Source: an uncultured delta proteobacterium
Lineage (GTDB): Bacteria > Myxococcota_A > Polyangia > Polyangiales > Polyangiaceae
Assembly (NCBI GenBank): GCA_963841435.1
Contig: CAWJCS010000002.1
Coordinates: 640,001 to 704,000 of the forward strand
Direction of reading: 5' to 3'
Length of the DNA stretch: 64,000 bases
This document shows, piece after piece, positions 39,535 to 50,097 of this stretch. The first letter of the stretch is position 1; each line of letters starts with the position of its first letter. Position numbers and translations under genes: made by a program. The notes under the pieces were generated by a model. That model saw only the letters and a program-made list of their open reading frames with translations, had not been told where the DNA came from and made no database searches.

Positions 39535-42126
39535 TCAGCGAACCCGCTTGCGGGGGCGCCGCTTTTCCCTTGGGACCTTTTCGGGCTCGGGTCGGGCGGG
39601 CCGCGCTTCGGCGATCGCCACGCGGCCCTTGAGCTCGGCGAGCTCGCCGCGCAGCACCTCGAGCTCGTCGCTCAGGCGCTTGTGGTCCGCGCGGCTCCCT
39701 TCGCCGAGATCGCGCAGGACCTCGCGAATGCGCCGTGCCACGCGCCCGTCGAGCTCGTGTTCGAGCGCCGTGCGCAGCGCTCCGCGCGCGCGAGGGTCGC
39801 CAACCGAGCGCAACGCGTTGACGACCGCCACGCGAAAGTGTGGGTCCGCATCCTCGAGCAGGGCCTCGAGGTGCCGCCGGGTCGCGCGTGTGTCGGACAG
39901 CGCTGCGAGCGCCGCGACCGCGGCTCGCCGCCCGCGCGTCGGCACCCCGTAGCGCGTGCGCTCGAGCACGACCGGCACGGCGTCCTCGTCCCGCAGACCC
40001 GAAAGGCCGTCGAGCGCCCCGGCGCGCTGGCAGTCCGCCCACGACCGCTTGTCGACGAGCGTGCGGAGCGTGCGGAGCGCTCCCGGCTGCCGCGCGCGGC
40101 CGAGCGCGCGCGCCGCCTCGGCGGCGACGAGGTAGCTCGGATCCCGTCGCGCGAGCGCCGCGAGCGCCCGGGCGGCCTTCGGGCGCTGGAAGCGGCCGAG
40201 CGCCGCCGCCACGGCACGGCGCACCTTCGGGTGCTTTTCGCGCGTCGACTCGCCGAGGGCCGTGAAGGCGGCATCCGTGCGCATCTTCCCGAGCGCACGC
40301 GCCGCCTCGGCTCGCACCATCCAGGCCTCTTTCGCCGAGCCCAGAGCGCGCGCGAGCGCCGCCACGGTTGCGGGATCGTCACGCCGGCCGAGCGCTTCGG
40401 CCGAAAGCCAGCGGGCGCGCGCCGTGGGCCCGTCGGCGAGCTGGCGGCGCAAGAGATCGGCGGGCATGTCGAGCGTCACGTCGCCCACGAGGCGAAAATC
40501 CGGATCGACGATGACGAGCTCCGGCCGTGCCGACAAGGCCACCGTCAGCGTCGCGTGCGCTTCGCTCACGGTCCTCGCGTGGCGTTCGAGCTGGCCGTCG
40601 CGCGTCTTCACGAGCACCTCGAGCGGGAGCTCGAAGATCGGAACGTCCGTGCCCTTCTGCTTCTGCTTCAGCTCGACGCTGAGCAGTCCGTTTTCCCACG
40701 AAACCTTGAGCTTGAGCTCGGGGTGGCCGGGCCGAAACACCCACTGATCGAAGAACCGCTCGAGCGACTCGCCGCTCACCTCCTCGAGCGCGCGCATCAG
40801 ATCGTTGGTCTCGACGATGCCGTGCGCGTGACGCTCGAGGTAGAGCTTGAGCCCGCGAAAGAACGTGTCGTCGCCGAGCGAGCGCCTGAGCAGGTGCAGC
40901 ACGAGGCCGCCCTTTTGATAGAGATGGCGGTCGAAGAGGTCGATGGGCGCCTGGTAGTCCCGGCACACGATGGCGCGCTGATAGTGCCCTCCTGCTTCGG
41001 CGAGATACGCGTCGAGGTCGCTCGCGACGTTGTAGTCGTACTCGTCGCGACCGAGCCTTGCCTCGATCTCGACGTGCTCGAAGTACGTCGCAAAGCCCTC
41101 GTTGAGCCAGCCGTGCGACCAGTCACGGCACGTGACGTAGTCGCCGAACCACTGGTGCGCGAGCTCGTGCGCGACGAGGTCGTGCGAGGAAACGTCGAGC
41201 GCCGCCCGCCGGTCGAGCAGCACGTGCTCGTAGAGCGTGGTCGCGGTCGTGTTCTCCATGCCGCCGAAGATGAAGTCGCTCACCACGACCTGCGAGTAGC
41301 GGCTGAACGGGTAGGGGACGCCGAGCCGCTCGGAGAACAGCTCGATCATGCGCGGCGTGTCCCCGAGGCTGCGCGCCGCGTCAGCGCGCCGCCCGGGCGG
41401 TACGTAGTAGCAGACGGGCACCTTGCGCCCGCCGGGCAGCGCCGCGGGCCGGTCCTCGATCACGGCGAACTCACCGGCGACGAGCGTGACGAGGTACGAG
41501 GGATGCGGCCGGTCGAGCACGAAGTGGTACGTCGCGGAGCGCTTCGATTTTTCGATCGGCTTCGGCTCGCCGTTCGAGAGTGCCGTCCACCCCGCGGGGA
41601 CGACCACCCGGAGCTCGCTCGTCATCTTGACGTGCGGCTTGTCGAGGCAAGGAAACCAGTAGCGCGCGTCCTCGTCCTGGCATTGCGACCAGACCTGATG
41701 GGGCCGGTCCTTCACCTTGGCGTCGGGGGCCAAAAAATAGAGGCCGCGGCGCGGCGTCACGCGGTAGCGCACGCGGACCTTCCCGCGCAAAAGCTTGCCA
41801 AGACCGTGGATCGTCAGCCGATCACCGTCGTAATCGTGCTCGGCGGGCCGGAACGTGTCGCGCCGCGCGACCTCCACCGCGAGGAGCTCGAAGCCGACGG
41901 CGTCCAGCACCAGGCTGTCGGCGCTCGGCGAAAGGCGCTCGATGTCGAGCGTTGCGGTGCCGTCGGCGCTCTTTTTTGGCACGTCGAGCACGAGATCCAG
42001 GAACAGATGACGCACCGTGAACGGCCGCGAGCGCTCGTACTGCCTTCTGGTGCCCGCGAGGACGAAGGGCGCGCCGAGGCTCGAGCACGCACACGCGGCG
42101 TGGAGGCGAGAGGGCATCGTCGCCAT
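39535..42126 (-). CDS. pepN: M1 family aminopeptidase N with C-terminal HEAT repeats
   Basis: GGMEN, HELAHQWFG...WLNEGFATY, LYQKGG; start at 42126 or 42117. Confidence 0.93.
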   Translation of the reverse strand: MATMPSRLHAACACSSLGAPFVLAGTRRQYERSRPFTVRHLFLDLVLDVPKKSADGTATLDIERLSPSADSLVLDAVGFELLAVEVARRDTFRPAEHDYDGDRLTIHGLGKLLRGKVRVRYRVTPRRGLYFLAPDAKVKDRPHQVWSQCQDEDARYWFPCLDKPHVKMTSELRVVVPAGWTALSNGEPKPIEKSKRSATYHFVLDRPHPSYLVTLVAGEFAVIEDRPAALPGGRKVPVCYYVPPGRRADAARSLGDTPRMIELFSERLGVPYPFSRYSQVVVSDFIFGGMENTTATTLYEHVLLDRRAALDVSSHDLVAHELAHQWFGDYVTCRDWSHGWLNEGFATYFEHVEIEARLGRDEYDYNVASDLDAYLAEAGGHYQRAIVCRDYQAPIDLFDRHLYQKGGLVLHLLRRSLGDDTFFRGLKLYLERHAHGIVETNDLMRALEEVSGESLERFFDQWVFRPGHPELKLKVSWENGLLSVELKQKQKGTDVPIFELPLEVLVKTRDGQLERHARTVSEAHATLTVALSARPELVIVDPDFRLVGDVTLDMPADLLRRQLADGPTARARWLSAEALGRRDDPATVAALARALGSAKEAWMVRAEAARALGKMRTDAAFTALGESTREKHPKVRRAVAAALGRFQRPKAARALAALARRDPSYLVAAEAARALGRARQPGALRTLRTLVDKRSWADCQRAGALDGLSGLRDEDAVPVVLERTRYGVPTRGRRAAVAALAALSDTRATRRHLEALLEDADPHFRVAVVNALRSVGDPRARGALRTALEHELDGRVARRIREVLRDLGEGSRADHKRLSDELEVLRGELAELKGRVAIAEARPARPEPEKVPREKRRPRKRVR

Positions 42127-42204
42127 CAGTACCACCGACGGCCGCGCCTTCCGCCGGGATTTTCGGTTGCCGTCTCCCCGGCCCCGCGACAGGCTCGGGA
42201 CGCG

Positions 42205-44364
42205 GTGTCGATCACCCTCTCCGGCGAGGTCGAGCGGGTCACCTACGAAAACGAGGAGACCGGCTTCCGCGTGATCCGGGTCGGCTCGCTCGAGGGTCAG
42301 GGCGCGCGCCCGGGCGGCGTACCCGTCGTCGGGACCTTCCAGGCCGTGGGTCCGGGCACGCGCGTGCGCATCACGGGCGAGTTCACGCTCGATCCACGCC
42401 ACGGCGAGCAGTTCCGCGTCGAGGCGCTGGTTCCGCTCTCGCCGAGCACGCTCGAAGGGCTCGCGCGGTATCTCGGCTCGGGGCTCATCGGCGGCGTGGG
42501 CCCGGCGTTCGCGAAACGCATCGTCGACGCCTTCGGCATGGATAGCCTCGACGTGCTCGACCGAAAGCCCGAGCGGCTGCGCGAGGTGTCGGGCATCGGT
42601 GCGAGCCGCGCGGATCGGATTGCCAAGACGTGGGCCGCTCAGCGGGCCATGAGCGGCGTGATGGTGCTCCTGCAGACGCACGGCGCGTCGGCGCAGCTCG
42701 CGAGCCGCATCGTGAGGCACTACGGCGACCGCGCCGCCGACGTCGTCGAGCGCTCGCCCTATCGGCTGGCCCTCGAAGTGCGAGGTATCGGTTTCAAGAC
42801 GGCCGACCGCCTGGCCCGCTCGCTCGGGATCGCGGGCGATCACCCCGAGCGTGTGCAGGCAGGCCTTTTACACGTGCTCGACGCCGTGACGCTCGAGGGC
42901 CACACCTACGCCGAGCGCACGGGGCTCGTGGCAAGAACCGCCGACATGCTCGAGGTGGACGAAGCGCACGTCGAGGCCGCGCTCGACGTGGTGTGGGCGT
43001 CGGGTCGAGTGGTGAGGGAGGGGGAGCGCGTGCTGCCCGCCCACCTCTTCCGTGCCGAGGTCGAGCTCGGCCGTGCCCTTCGGCGCCTCGGGTCGGCCTC
43101 CGCAGCGCGGCTGCCGGGGGTCGATGCCGCCATCGCCGAGTTCGAGCGTGCTGCGAAGATCGAGCTCGCGGCGGAGCAGCGCCACGCCGTCGACGCGGCG
43201 GCGAGCGGCCTCGTCAGCGTCGTCACGGGCGGCCCCGGCGTCGGCAAGACTACGATCGTCAGGGCGATCGTCGATCTGTTCGCGCGCGCGAAGCTCGACG
43301 TGCGGCTCGCCGCGCCGACGGGGCGTGCCGCCAAGCGGCTCGCGCAGGCGACGGGCAGGGAAGCGACGACGCTGCACCGCCTGCTCGAGTTCGAGCCCCG
43401 TGCCATGCGCTTCCAGCGCGACGCCGACCGCCCGCTCGCCGTCGACGCCGTGATCGTCGACGAGGCGTCGATGCTCGACGTGCCGCTCGCGGCCGCGCTG
43501 CTCCAGGCGTTGCCGCCGCGCGCGCGGCTCGTCGTCGTGGGCGACGTCGATCAGCTGCCGTCGGTGGGTCCAGGCGCGTTCTTGCGCGATCTCATCGCGA
43601 GCCGCGTCGCGCGGACCACGCGCCTCGGCGAGATCTTCCGCCAGGCGAGCGAGAGCCGCATCGTCGTGAACGCGCACCGCATCCTTTCCGGCGAGCTGCC
43701 CGAGAGCGCGCCACGCGACGATCCGCGCGCCGACTTCTTCGTCGTGACGCGCTCGGACCCCGACGAGGCCGCCGCCACGGTGCTCGAGCTCGTGCTCGAG
43801 CGCATCCCACGGCGCTTCGGCTTGCGTGGCGCCGACGTCCAGGTGCTCACGCCCATGCACCGCGGTCCGGCTGGCACGATCGCGCTGAACCAGGCGCTGC
43901 AGGAGAAGCTCAACCCGCTCGGCCAGCCGATCGCCGCCGGGGGTATGCGCCTGCGCGTGGGCGACCGCGTGATGCAGACGCGAAACGACCACCAGCGGGA
44001 GGTGTATAATGGGGATCTGGGGGTCGTGAGCGGCCTCGACCCCGAAACGGGCAACGTGCGCGTGCTGTTCGACCAGCGCGAGGTCGAGCTCGAGCCCGCC
44101 GATCTCGATGCGCTCACGCTTTCCTACGCGACGAGCATCCACAAGAGCCAGGGCAGCGAGTACCCCGCCGTGGTCGTGCCACTTCTCACGACGCACTTCG
44201 TGATGCTGTCGAAGAATCTCGTTTACACGGCGGTGACACGCGCCCGAAAGCTGTGCGTGCTCGTCGCGCATCCGCGCGCGCTCAAGATCGCGCTCTCCGA
44301 AGTGCGTCGCGAGGAGCGCATGACGCTGCTCGTCGAGCGGATCCAGAACGCGCTCGACGCGTAA
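42205..44364 (+). CDS. recD2: ATP-dependent RecD-like DNA helicase (RecD2)
   Basis: GEVERVTYEN N-terminus, HhH motifs, TGGPGVGKTT, APTGRAAKR, DEASM, GDVDQLPSVG, SIHKSQGSEY, YTAVTRA. Confidence 0.96.
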   Translation: MSITLSGEVERVTYENEETGFRVIRVGSLEGQGARPGGVPVVGTFQAVGPGTRVRITGEFTLDPRHGEQFRVEALVPLSPSTLEGLARYLGSGLIGGVGPAFAKRIVDAFGMDSLDVLDRKPERLREVSGIGASRADRIAKTWAAQRAMSGVMVLLQTHGASAQLASRIVRHYGDRAADVVERSPYRLALEVRGIGFKTADRLARSLGIAGDHPERVQAGLLHVLDAVTLEGHTYAERTGLVARTADMLEVDEAHVEAALDVVWASGRVVREGERVLPAHLFRAEVELGRALRRLGSASAARLPGVDAAIAEFERAAKIELAAEQRHAVDAAASGLVSVVTGGPGVGKTTIVRAIVDLFARAKLDVRLAAPTGRAAKRLAQATGREATTLHRLLEFEPRAMRFQRDADRPLAVDAVIVDEASMLDVPLAAALLQALPPRARLVVVGDVDQLPSVGPGAFLRDLIASRVARTTRLGEIFRQASESRIVVNAHRILSGELPESAPRDDPRADFFVVTRSDPDEAAATVLELVLERIPRRFGLRGADVQVLTPMHRGPAGTIALNQALQEKLNPLGQPIAAGGMRLRVGDRVMQTRNDHQREVYNGDLGVVSGLDPETGNVRVLFDQREVELEPADLDALTLSYATSIHKSQGSEYPAVVVPLLTTHFVMLSKNLVYTAVTRARKLCVLVAHPRALKIALSEVRREERMTLLVERIQNALDA

Positions 44365-44399
44365 GACGCGACCGATAGGCTCCGGGTAAGACCTCCGGC

Positions 44400-45518
44400 C
44401 TACCGCCGCCGCGGCGCCTTCGCGATCGAGGTCTCCTCGCCGCCTTCCTGGACCTTCAGCGTCGCCTTGGGGTCGATGCCCGAGAGCAGCTCGACGTCGA
44501 GACCGTCGGACAACCCGAGCTTCACCTCGCGGCGCTCGAACTGTTGGGGCGTCGTTTCGACCTCCACGTACGCCTTGCCTTGCTCGAACTTCACCAGGCT
44601 TTCCGAGATCGACACGACGTGATCGCGCCGCTCGAGGATGATGTCGGCGTTGGCGCTGTAGTTCGCGCGGACGAACACGCCGGGTTCGAGCTTGAGCTTG
44701 GCGCGCACCTCGAACTGGATGGTGCCGTCCTTGGGAACGCCCTTGGGGGCGATGTATTCGAGCGTGCCCTCGAACTTGCGGTCACCGAGCGCACCCACGG
44801 TGATCGAGGCGGGCATGCCTTCTTTCACCTTGCCGACCTCCGACTCGTCGACCGTTCCCGAGAAGATGAGGTCGCTCATGTCGGCGACCGAGGCGATGGT
44901 GGTCCCCTCGTTGAAGTTGTTGGCCTCGATGACGCTCCCACCCTCCTTGACGGGCACCTCGAGCACCATGCCCTCGACGGTGGAGTAAACGACGTTCGAG
45001 ACCGCCCCCGAGCGCTTCGAGGCACCGACCTTGACGAGCTGGAGATTGTTCTCCGCGGTGTCGAGCTCCTGACGCTTGAGCTCGGCATTGAGCCGCTGCT
45101 GGTTGTACTCCGTCTCGGACACCAGGCCCTGGGCGTGGAGCTTCTCGTAGCGAGTGAGCTCCTGACGCGCATTCTCTTCGCTGATCTGCGCGGCCTTGAG
45201 GCGCGACTCGGCGTTGTTGAGGCTCACGACGTCGGGAATGATGCGGATCTTGGCGATCAGCGCGCCCTGCTTGACGTAGTCGCCTGGCAGCACCTGGATC
45301 TTCTCGAGCACCCCGGAGACGCGCGGTTTGATCGTGACCTCGCGGCGAGGAATGATGGACCCGGGCGCGACGGCCTTCTTCACGATGTCCATCACGCGCG
45401 GCTTCTGCGTCTTGAACGTGAGCGGGCGCGCCTGCGACTTTTCGTACAGGAAAAGCAGGGTCCAGGCGAAGGCTGCCAGGATCCCGATGGTGATGACGAA
45501 GGGGATGAACCGCTTCAC
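44400..45518 (-). CDS. efflux periplasmic adaptor (MacA-like)
   Basis: N-terminal TM, IKPRVSG...GDYVKQG lipoyl halves, VDESEVGK, VKLGLSDG. Confidence 0.92.
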   Translation of the reverse strand: MKRFIPFVITIGILAAFAWTLLFLYEKSQARPLTFKTQKPRVMDIVKKAVAPGSIIPRREVTIKPRVSGVLEKIQVLPGDYVKQGALIAKIRIIPDVVSLNNAESRLKAAQISEENARQELTRYEKLHAQGLVSETEYNQQRLNAELKRQELDTAENNLQLVKVGASKRSGAVSNVVYSTVEGMVLEVPVKEGGSVIEANNFNEGTTIASVADMSDLIFSGTVDESEVGKVKEGMPASITVGALGDRKFEGTLEYIAPKGVPKDGTIQFEVRAKLKLEPGVFVRANYSANADIILERRDHVVSISESLVKFEQGKAYVEVETTPQQFERREVKLGLSDGLDVELLSGIDPKATLKVQEGGEETSIAKAPRRR

Positions 45519-45675
45519 GAAATACCAGCCGGAATGTTGCCCAGGGGGCCCGCTAGGGCAAGGAAAAGACCATCTTTGCGCGCTTCGCTAAGCGGCGTCG
45601 GGCTCGCATGCCGGTGGAATTCCGGGCGAGACGCGCGCGAGTGTGCACGAGGCTCGTTCTGCCGGGTGCGCGGCG

Positions 45676-46935
45676 TCATTCGGCGCGCAGCGCCTCCACG
45701 GGTGCGACGCGCGACGCGAAGCGTGCAGGCACGATGCTCGCGATGGCACCCGCGACGGCGAGCACGACGATCGCGAGCAGGGCGGCCTTGAAATCGACCT
45801 CGGGCTTGCTGACGGGCGCCTGGTCAATCGTGTCGAGGAAGCGCGAGATCCCCTCGAGCGCCGCGACGCCGGCCACGAGCCCGAGGTAGCCCGCGAGGGA
45901 GGTGAGCGCCATGGCTTCCTGCACGATCAAGCGGACGATCGAGGCGGGCGTCGCGCCGAGCGCCTTGCGCACGCCGATCTCACGCGTGCGCTCCTTGACG
46001 CTGATGAGCAGGATGTTGCTGACGCCGAGCGCTCCGGCGAGGAGCGTGAGCGTGCCCACGAACCACACGAAGCCGCGGATGCCGCGAAACAGCGCCTGGA
46101 TCTTGTCGAACTGCTCGGCGGCGTCGAACGAGCCGATGGCCTGGTCGTCGAAGGGGCTCACGCGATGCCGCTCGCCGAGCACGGCGCGCACCGCTTTCTC
46201 GACCTCGCCCGACGACGCCCCTGGGCCGACGCCGAGCGTGAACCAGCCGACGCGATTGGGCTGGTTGAACGCCTGCTGAAAGGTCGAAAATGGCAAGAAC
46301 ACGCTGTTGTCGATGCGGTCGCCGTCCTCGCCCCCTTTTTGCGAGCGCAGCTCACCGACGACCCTGAGGTGCACGCCGTTCACCTCGATCCACTTGCCGA
46401 GCGGATTTTCGTCCTCGAACAGCACGACGCGCGCCTGGCGCCCGATCACGCACACCTTGCGGGCTTCCTTCACGTCGGGATCGTTCAGGAAGCGGCCTCG
46501 CTCGAGCAGCAGCGGCTCGATGCGGATGTAGGCCGGCATGTCACCGAGCACGTTCACGGCGCCTGTGCGCCCCTGGTAGACGACGCGAGCGCTGTCGCGC
46601 CACCCGCCGAGCCGCAGCCGTGCCGACACGTACTCGACGCCCGGCACCGCGGCGACGCGTGCGATGTCGTCGTTCTCGAACCGCACGTAGCGGCCCGGCT
46701 GAAGCCCGCGGTACGGGATCCCCGTCCGCTGCCCCCAGACGTAGACCGCGTGCGGCGCGAGATCGGCGAGGTTCTTGCGCGCGCCGTTCTCGAGGCCCTG
46801 TCCGAGGCCCAGCATGAGGATCAGCATGAATACCCCCCAGAACACGCCGGACGCCGTGAGCAGCGCGCGCAGGCGATTCTTGCGCAACGTCGCCCAGATC
46901 TCCTGCCAGGTGTCGAGGTCGAACAGGCCGCCCAT
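45676..46935 (-). CDS. ABC transporter permease (MacB/FtsX family)
   Basis: NRLRALLTASGVFWG, GVSNILLISVKERTREIGVRKALGA, PVEALRAE. Confidence 0.93.
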   Translation of the reverse strand: MGGLFDLDTWQEIWATLRKNRLRALLTASGVFWGVFMLILMLGLGQGLENGARKNLADLAPHAVYVWGQRTGIPYRGLQPGRYVRFENDDIARVAAVPGVEYVSARLRLGGWRDSARVVYQGRTGAVNVLGDMPAYIRIEPLLLERGRFLNDPDVKEARKVCVIGRQARVVLFEDENPLGKWIEVNGVHLRVVGELRSQKGGEDGDRIDNSVFLPFSTFQQAFNQPNRVGWFTLGVGPGASSGEVEKAVRAVLGERHRVSPFDDQAIGSFDAAEQFDKIQALFRGIRGFVWFVGTLTLLAGALGVSNILLISVKERTREIGVRKALGATPASIVRLIVQEAMALTSLAGYLGLVAGVAALEGISRFLDTIDQAPVSKPEVDFKAALLAIVVLAVAGAIASIVPARFASRVAPVEALRAE

Positions 46936-46961
46936 GGTCGTAAGGTCGCGGGCTTTGCCCG

Positions 46962-48248
46962 CTACTCCTCCCTCAGCGCGGTGATGGGGTTCACGTGGGC
47001 AGCGCGGAGCGCGGGGAAGAGCCCCGCGAGCACGCCCGCGACGACGACGAGCCCCGTGAGCTCGAGCGCCGTCCCGATGTCGACGGAGGGGTTCCGGACG
47101 AACGGTACGTTCGTGAGCCGCTCGGACGCCAGCTCCACGAGCCCGACGCCGCCGACCAGCCCCGCGTAGCCCGCGGTGGCCGTGATGAGCAGCGATTCGA
47201 ACAGCACCATCCACACGAGCGCAAGCGGCGTGGCCCCGAGCGCCTTGCGGATGCCGATCTCCCGGGTTCGCTCGGCCACGCTGATGAGCATGATGTTGGA
47301 GACGCTGACCATGCCGGCGAGCAGCGTCCCCAGGCTCACGAACCAGACGAATCCGTTCACCCAGGTGAAGACCTGGGAGACCTTCTGGAAGCGCTCGAGA
47401 TTGTTCTGCGTGCGCAGGGCGCGCTTGTCGTCCATCGAAACCTGGTGCCGCGCGGCCAGCAGCCGGTGCACCTCGAGCTCGATGGCCTTGCTCTGGTCGA
47501 CGCTGGCGTCCCCGACCGTGAACATCAGCGTGTGGATGCGGCCCGGATCGTTGTAGACGAGTTGGGCCGTCGTGATCGGGACGTAGATCTTGCGAAGCTC
47601 GTTCTCGCCGCCCTGGTCCTGAAAGACGCCCACGACGAGGTACGCGAGCCCGCGGATCTCGATGGTGTGGCCGATCGGGTCCTCGTTGCGGAACAGCGCC
47701 GTGCGCACCAGCTCCCCGATCACGGCCACCTTGCGCCGCTCCGAGACGTCGCGTTCGTTGATGTAGCGCCCCTCGGTCATCTCGGTCTTCTCGAGGTAAC
47801 GCTGGTCGGGGTGCGAGCCGAGCACCTCGAAGGCCGAGTGCCGCTCCTTGTAGCGGACGCTGAATTCCCCCCACAGGTAGAAGCGCCCCGTGAGGTTTTC
47901 GATGCTGGGCATGCGCCGGATGGCGTCGTAGTCGGCGTTCATGAAGCGGATATCGCGCCCCGGGCCGCGCCCGGCGTACGGCTGCGACGTGAGGCCGCTC
48001 CAGATCCAGATCGAGTTCAGCGCGTCGTCGCGAAATTCCCAGGTGACGCCGTTCTCGAGGCCGCGGCCGGCTCCGAGCAGCACGACGAGCATGAAGGTGC
48101 CCCACGCCACCGAGAGGCTCGTGAGCAGCGTGCGCAGCTTGTTGCGTCTCAGCGTCGCGAAGAGCTCGTCGAAGGAGTCGAAGCCGATGCGACTCGCGAA
48201 GCGCGAAAACAGGCTCGGCGCGCCTGGCTCTTCCGGGCTAGCCCGCAT
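46962..48248 (-). CDS. ABC transporter permease (MacB/FtsX family)
   Basis: NKLRTLLT, SNIMLISVAERTREIGIRKALGA, PITALREE. Confidence 0.93.
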   Translation of the reverse strand: MRASPEEPGAPSLFSRFASRIGFDSFDELFATLRRNKLRTLLTSLSVAWGTFMLVVLLGAGRGLENGVTWEFRDDALNSIWIWSGLTSQPYAGRGPGRDIRFMNADYDAIRRMPSIENLTGRFYLWGEFSVRYKERHSAFEVLGSHPDQRYLEKTEMTEGRYINERDVSERRKVAVIGELVRTALFRNEDPIGHTIEIRGLAYLVVGVFQDQGGENELRKIYVPITTAQLVYNDPGRIHTLMFTVGDASVDQSKAIELEVHRLLAARHQVSMDDKRALRTQNNLERFQKVSQVFTWVNGFVWFVSLGTLLAGMVSVSNIMLISVAERTREIGIRKALGATPLALVWMVLFESLLITATAGYAGLVGGVGLVELASERLTNVPFVRNPSVDIGTALELTGLVVVAGVLAGLFPALRAAHVNPITALREE

Positions 48249-48927
48249 GGCTCGCCGCTTCTTCGGGTGGCGCGACCCTGCCGTCCTTGATGCGGATCAC
48301 GCGCTGCGTCCGCGCGGCGATGTCCGGCTCGTGCGTCACGATCACCATCGTGATGCCCTCGCGGTTGAGCTGCTGGAGCAGATCCATGAGCTCGTAGGAC
48401 GTCTGGGTGTCGAGGGCCCCGGTCGGTTCGTCGGCTAGCACGAGCTTGGGCTTGGTCACGAGAGCGCGCGCGATGGCGACGCGCTGGCGTTCGCCGCCCG
48501 AGAGCTGGCTGGGCAGGTGCTCCGCGCGCTTTTCGAGCCCGACGCGCTCGAGGTACTCGTAAGCGATCTTGTTCCGCGCCCGGCGCGAGACGCCCTGGTA
48601 GTAGAGCGGTAACGCGACGTTCTCGAGCGCGGTTTTGAAGCCGAGCAGGTTGAACGCCTGGAACACGAAGCCGATGAAGCGGTTCCGGTATTCCGCGGCG
48701 AGCCGTTCCGGAAGCGCGCGGACCAGCCGGTCGCCTAGCCAGTATTCGCCCGAGTCGTAGTCGTCGAGGATGCCGAGCACGTTCAGCAACGTGCTCTTGC
48801 CCGAGCCCGAGGAGCCCATGATGCTCGCGAGCTCGCCCTGTTCGATCGTGAGCTCCACGTCCTTGAGAACGTGCAGCGTCCGATCGCCTTCGCCGTAGCT
48901 CTTGTTCAGGCGGTGGAGCCGAATCAT
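48238..48927 (-). CDS. ABC transporter ATP-binding protein (LolD/MacB type)
   Basis: [31 protein letters not shown]. Confidence 0.95.
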   Translation of the reverse strand: MIRLHRLNKSYGEGDRTLHVLKDVELTIEQGELASIMGSSGSGKSTLLNVLGILDDYDSGEYWLGDRLVRALPERLAAEYRNRFIGFVFQAFNLLGFKTALENVALPLYYQGVSRRARNKIAYEYLERVGLEKRAEHLPSQLSGGERQRVAIARALVTKPKLVLADEPTGALDTQTSYELMDLLQQLNREGITMVIVTHEPDIAARTQRVIRIKDGRVAPPEEAASHAG

Positions 48928-48994
48928 GGGAGAGCGGGTTGGGAGCCTTGCACCCAAATCGCCCCCGGTCACGTTTCGGCGCGGGCAGGCCCGC

Positions 48995-49933
48995 TTACTG
49001 AACCAGCATCACGTCGTCGAGCGTGAGATCGACGGCATACGGGTCGGTCCCGTCCGCCCAGTCGAATTCCCACTGCAACCCGACGACGGCGCTCTGGTCC
49101 ACGGAATCCGACGGCGACCCGCCCGTGAGGTCACTGAATGAAACGGTCATGACGGCCGGCGAGGCGGGCACGTCGATCATCGTGGCGCCCGGCGCGCAGG
49201 TGCCGGAGGTCGCGTCGCAAGCGCCGCGGCCCGGTAGGCACATGTCCGGCTCGGAGTTCTCCGAGGTCGCGACGGAGAACTTCAACGTGCCCGTGCTGCC
49301 GACGCTGCCGCCGATCTTGAAGGAAATGCCCGAGTACCCTGACATGTCGACGAGGCACTGCCCGAACCAGATGCCGAACCCCGAGTACGTGCCGACCGTG
49401 CCGGTCACGTGCATCGAGCCGCCGGTGTCGTCGCGCGTCACCACCGTCGCGGGCGCCGGATCGGTGGAGCAAGCGTCGGGCTCGGCGGGGTAGGCGAAGC
49501 CGCCGGAGAAGTAGCCCGTCCACCATTCGGTCGTGAGGGTATCCATGTCGTCGAGGACGCCGAAGATGCCGCCCATCGGCGAGTCGTCGGGGAAGTAGAG
49601 ATGGTCGAAGTCGTCGAGCACGTCGGTCGGGGGCGTGTTCGTCGTGCAGGCGGTCACCGTGCACGCGGCACAGTCGCCGCCGGTGCCGGCGTCGCCCCCG
49701 GTGCCCGCCGCGCTGCCGCCGGTGCCGGCGCTACCGCCAGTGCCGGCCCCGGAGCCGCCGCTGCCGCCGAGCGCTCCCGCGCCCGCGGAGCCCCCCGTCG
49801 TGCCGCCGGTGCCGGCGCCACCCGTCTCGTCTGGCGTTCCAGAGCCACCGCCGCAAGCCGAGAGCAGCGTGCCGCTGACCAAGAGACCAAGACCAATCGA
49901 GTGTGACCAGACAGAGGGGAGACGACCGAGCAT
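48995..49933 (-). CDS. lipoprotein with Gly-rich linker and carbohydrate-binding-like jelly-roll domain
   Basis: LSAC lipobox; VDMSGYSGISF...LQWEF...LTLDDV pattern. Confidence 0.7.
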   Translation of the reverse strand: MLGRLPSVWSHSIGLGLLVSGTLLSACGGGSGTPDETGGAGTGGTTGGSAGAGALGGSGGSGAGTGGSAGTGGSAAGTGGDAGTGGDCAACTVTACTTNTPPTDVLDDFDHLYFPDDSPMGGIFGVLDDMDTLTTEWWTGYFSGGFAYPAEPDACSTDPAPATVVTRDDTGGSMHVTGTVGTYSGFGIWFGQCLVDMSGYSGISFKIGGSVGSTGTLKFSVATSENSEPDMCLPGRGACDATSGTCAPGATMIDVPASPAVMTVSFSDLTGGSPSDSVDQSAVVGLQWEFDWADGTDPYAVDLTLDDVMLVQ

Positions 49934-50097
49934 GGAAGAACCTCCGACAGAAACGAGTAAGTGGAGCAGAAAAGCAATCGATCGGGCCGGGACGAGGGTT
50001 TTTCAGGCCCCGGGCGCTCGCCCAAGGAACCTACGAGATAGGCCACGGGGTGTCCAGGCGACCTCTCCAAGACGCCAAATCGGAGCCCCACCAAGCT

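Noticed and set aside
39253-42204. N-terminal ~980 aa of the 1703-aa ORF (apparent giant RecD2 fusion)
   Set aside because: Antisense to the aminopeptidase and enoyl-CoA hydratase genes; RecD2 homology begins at GTG 42205
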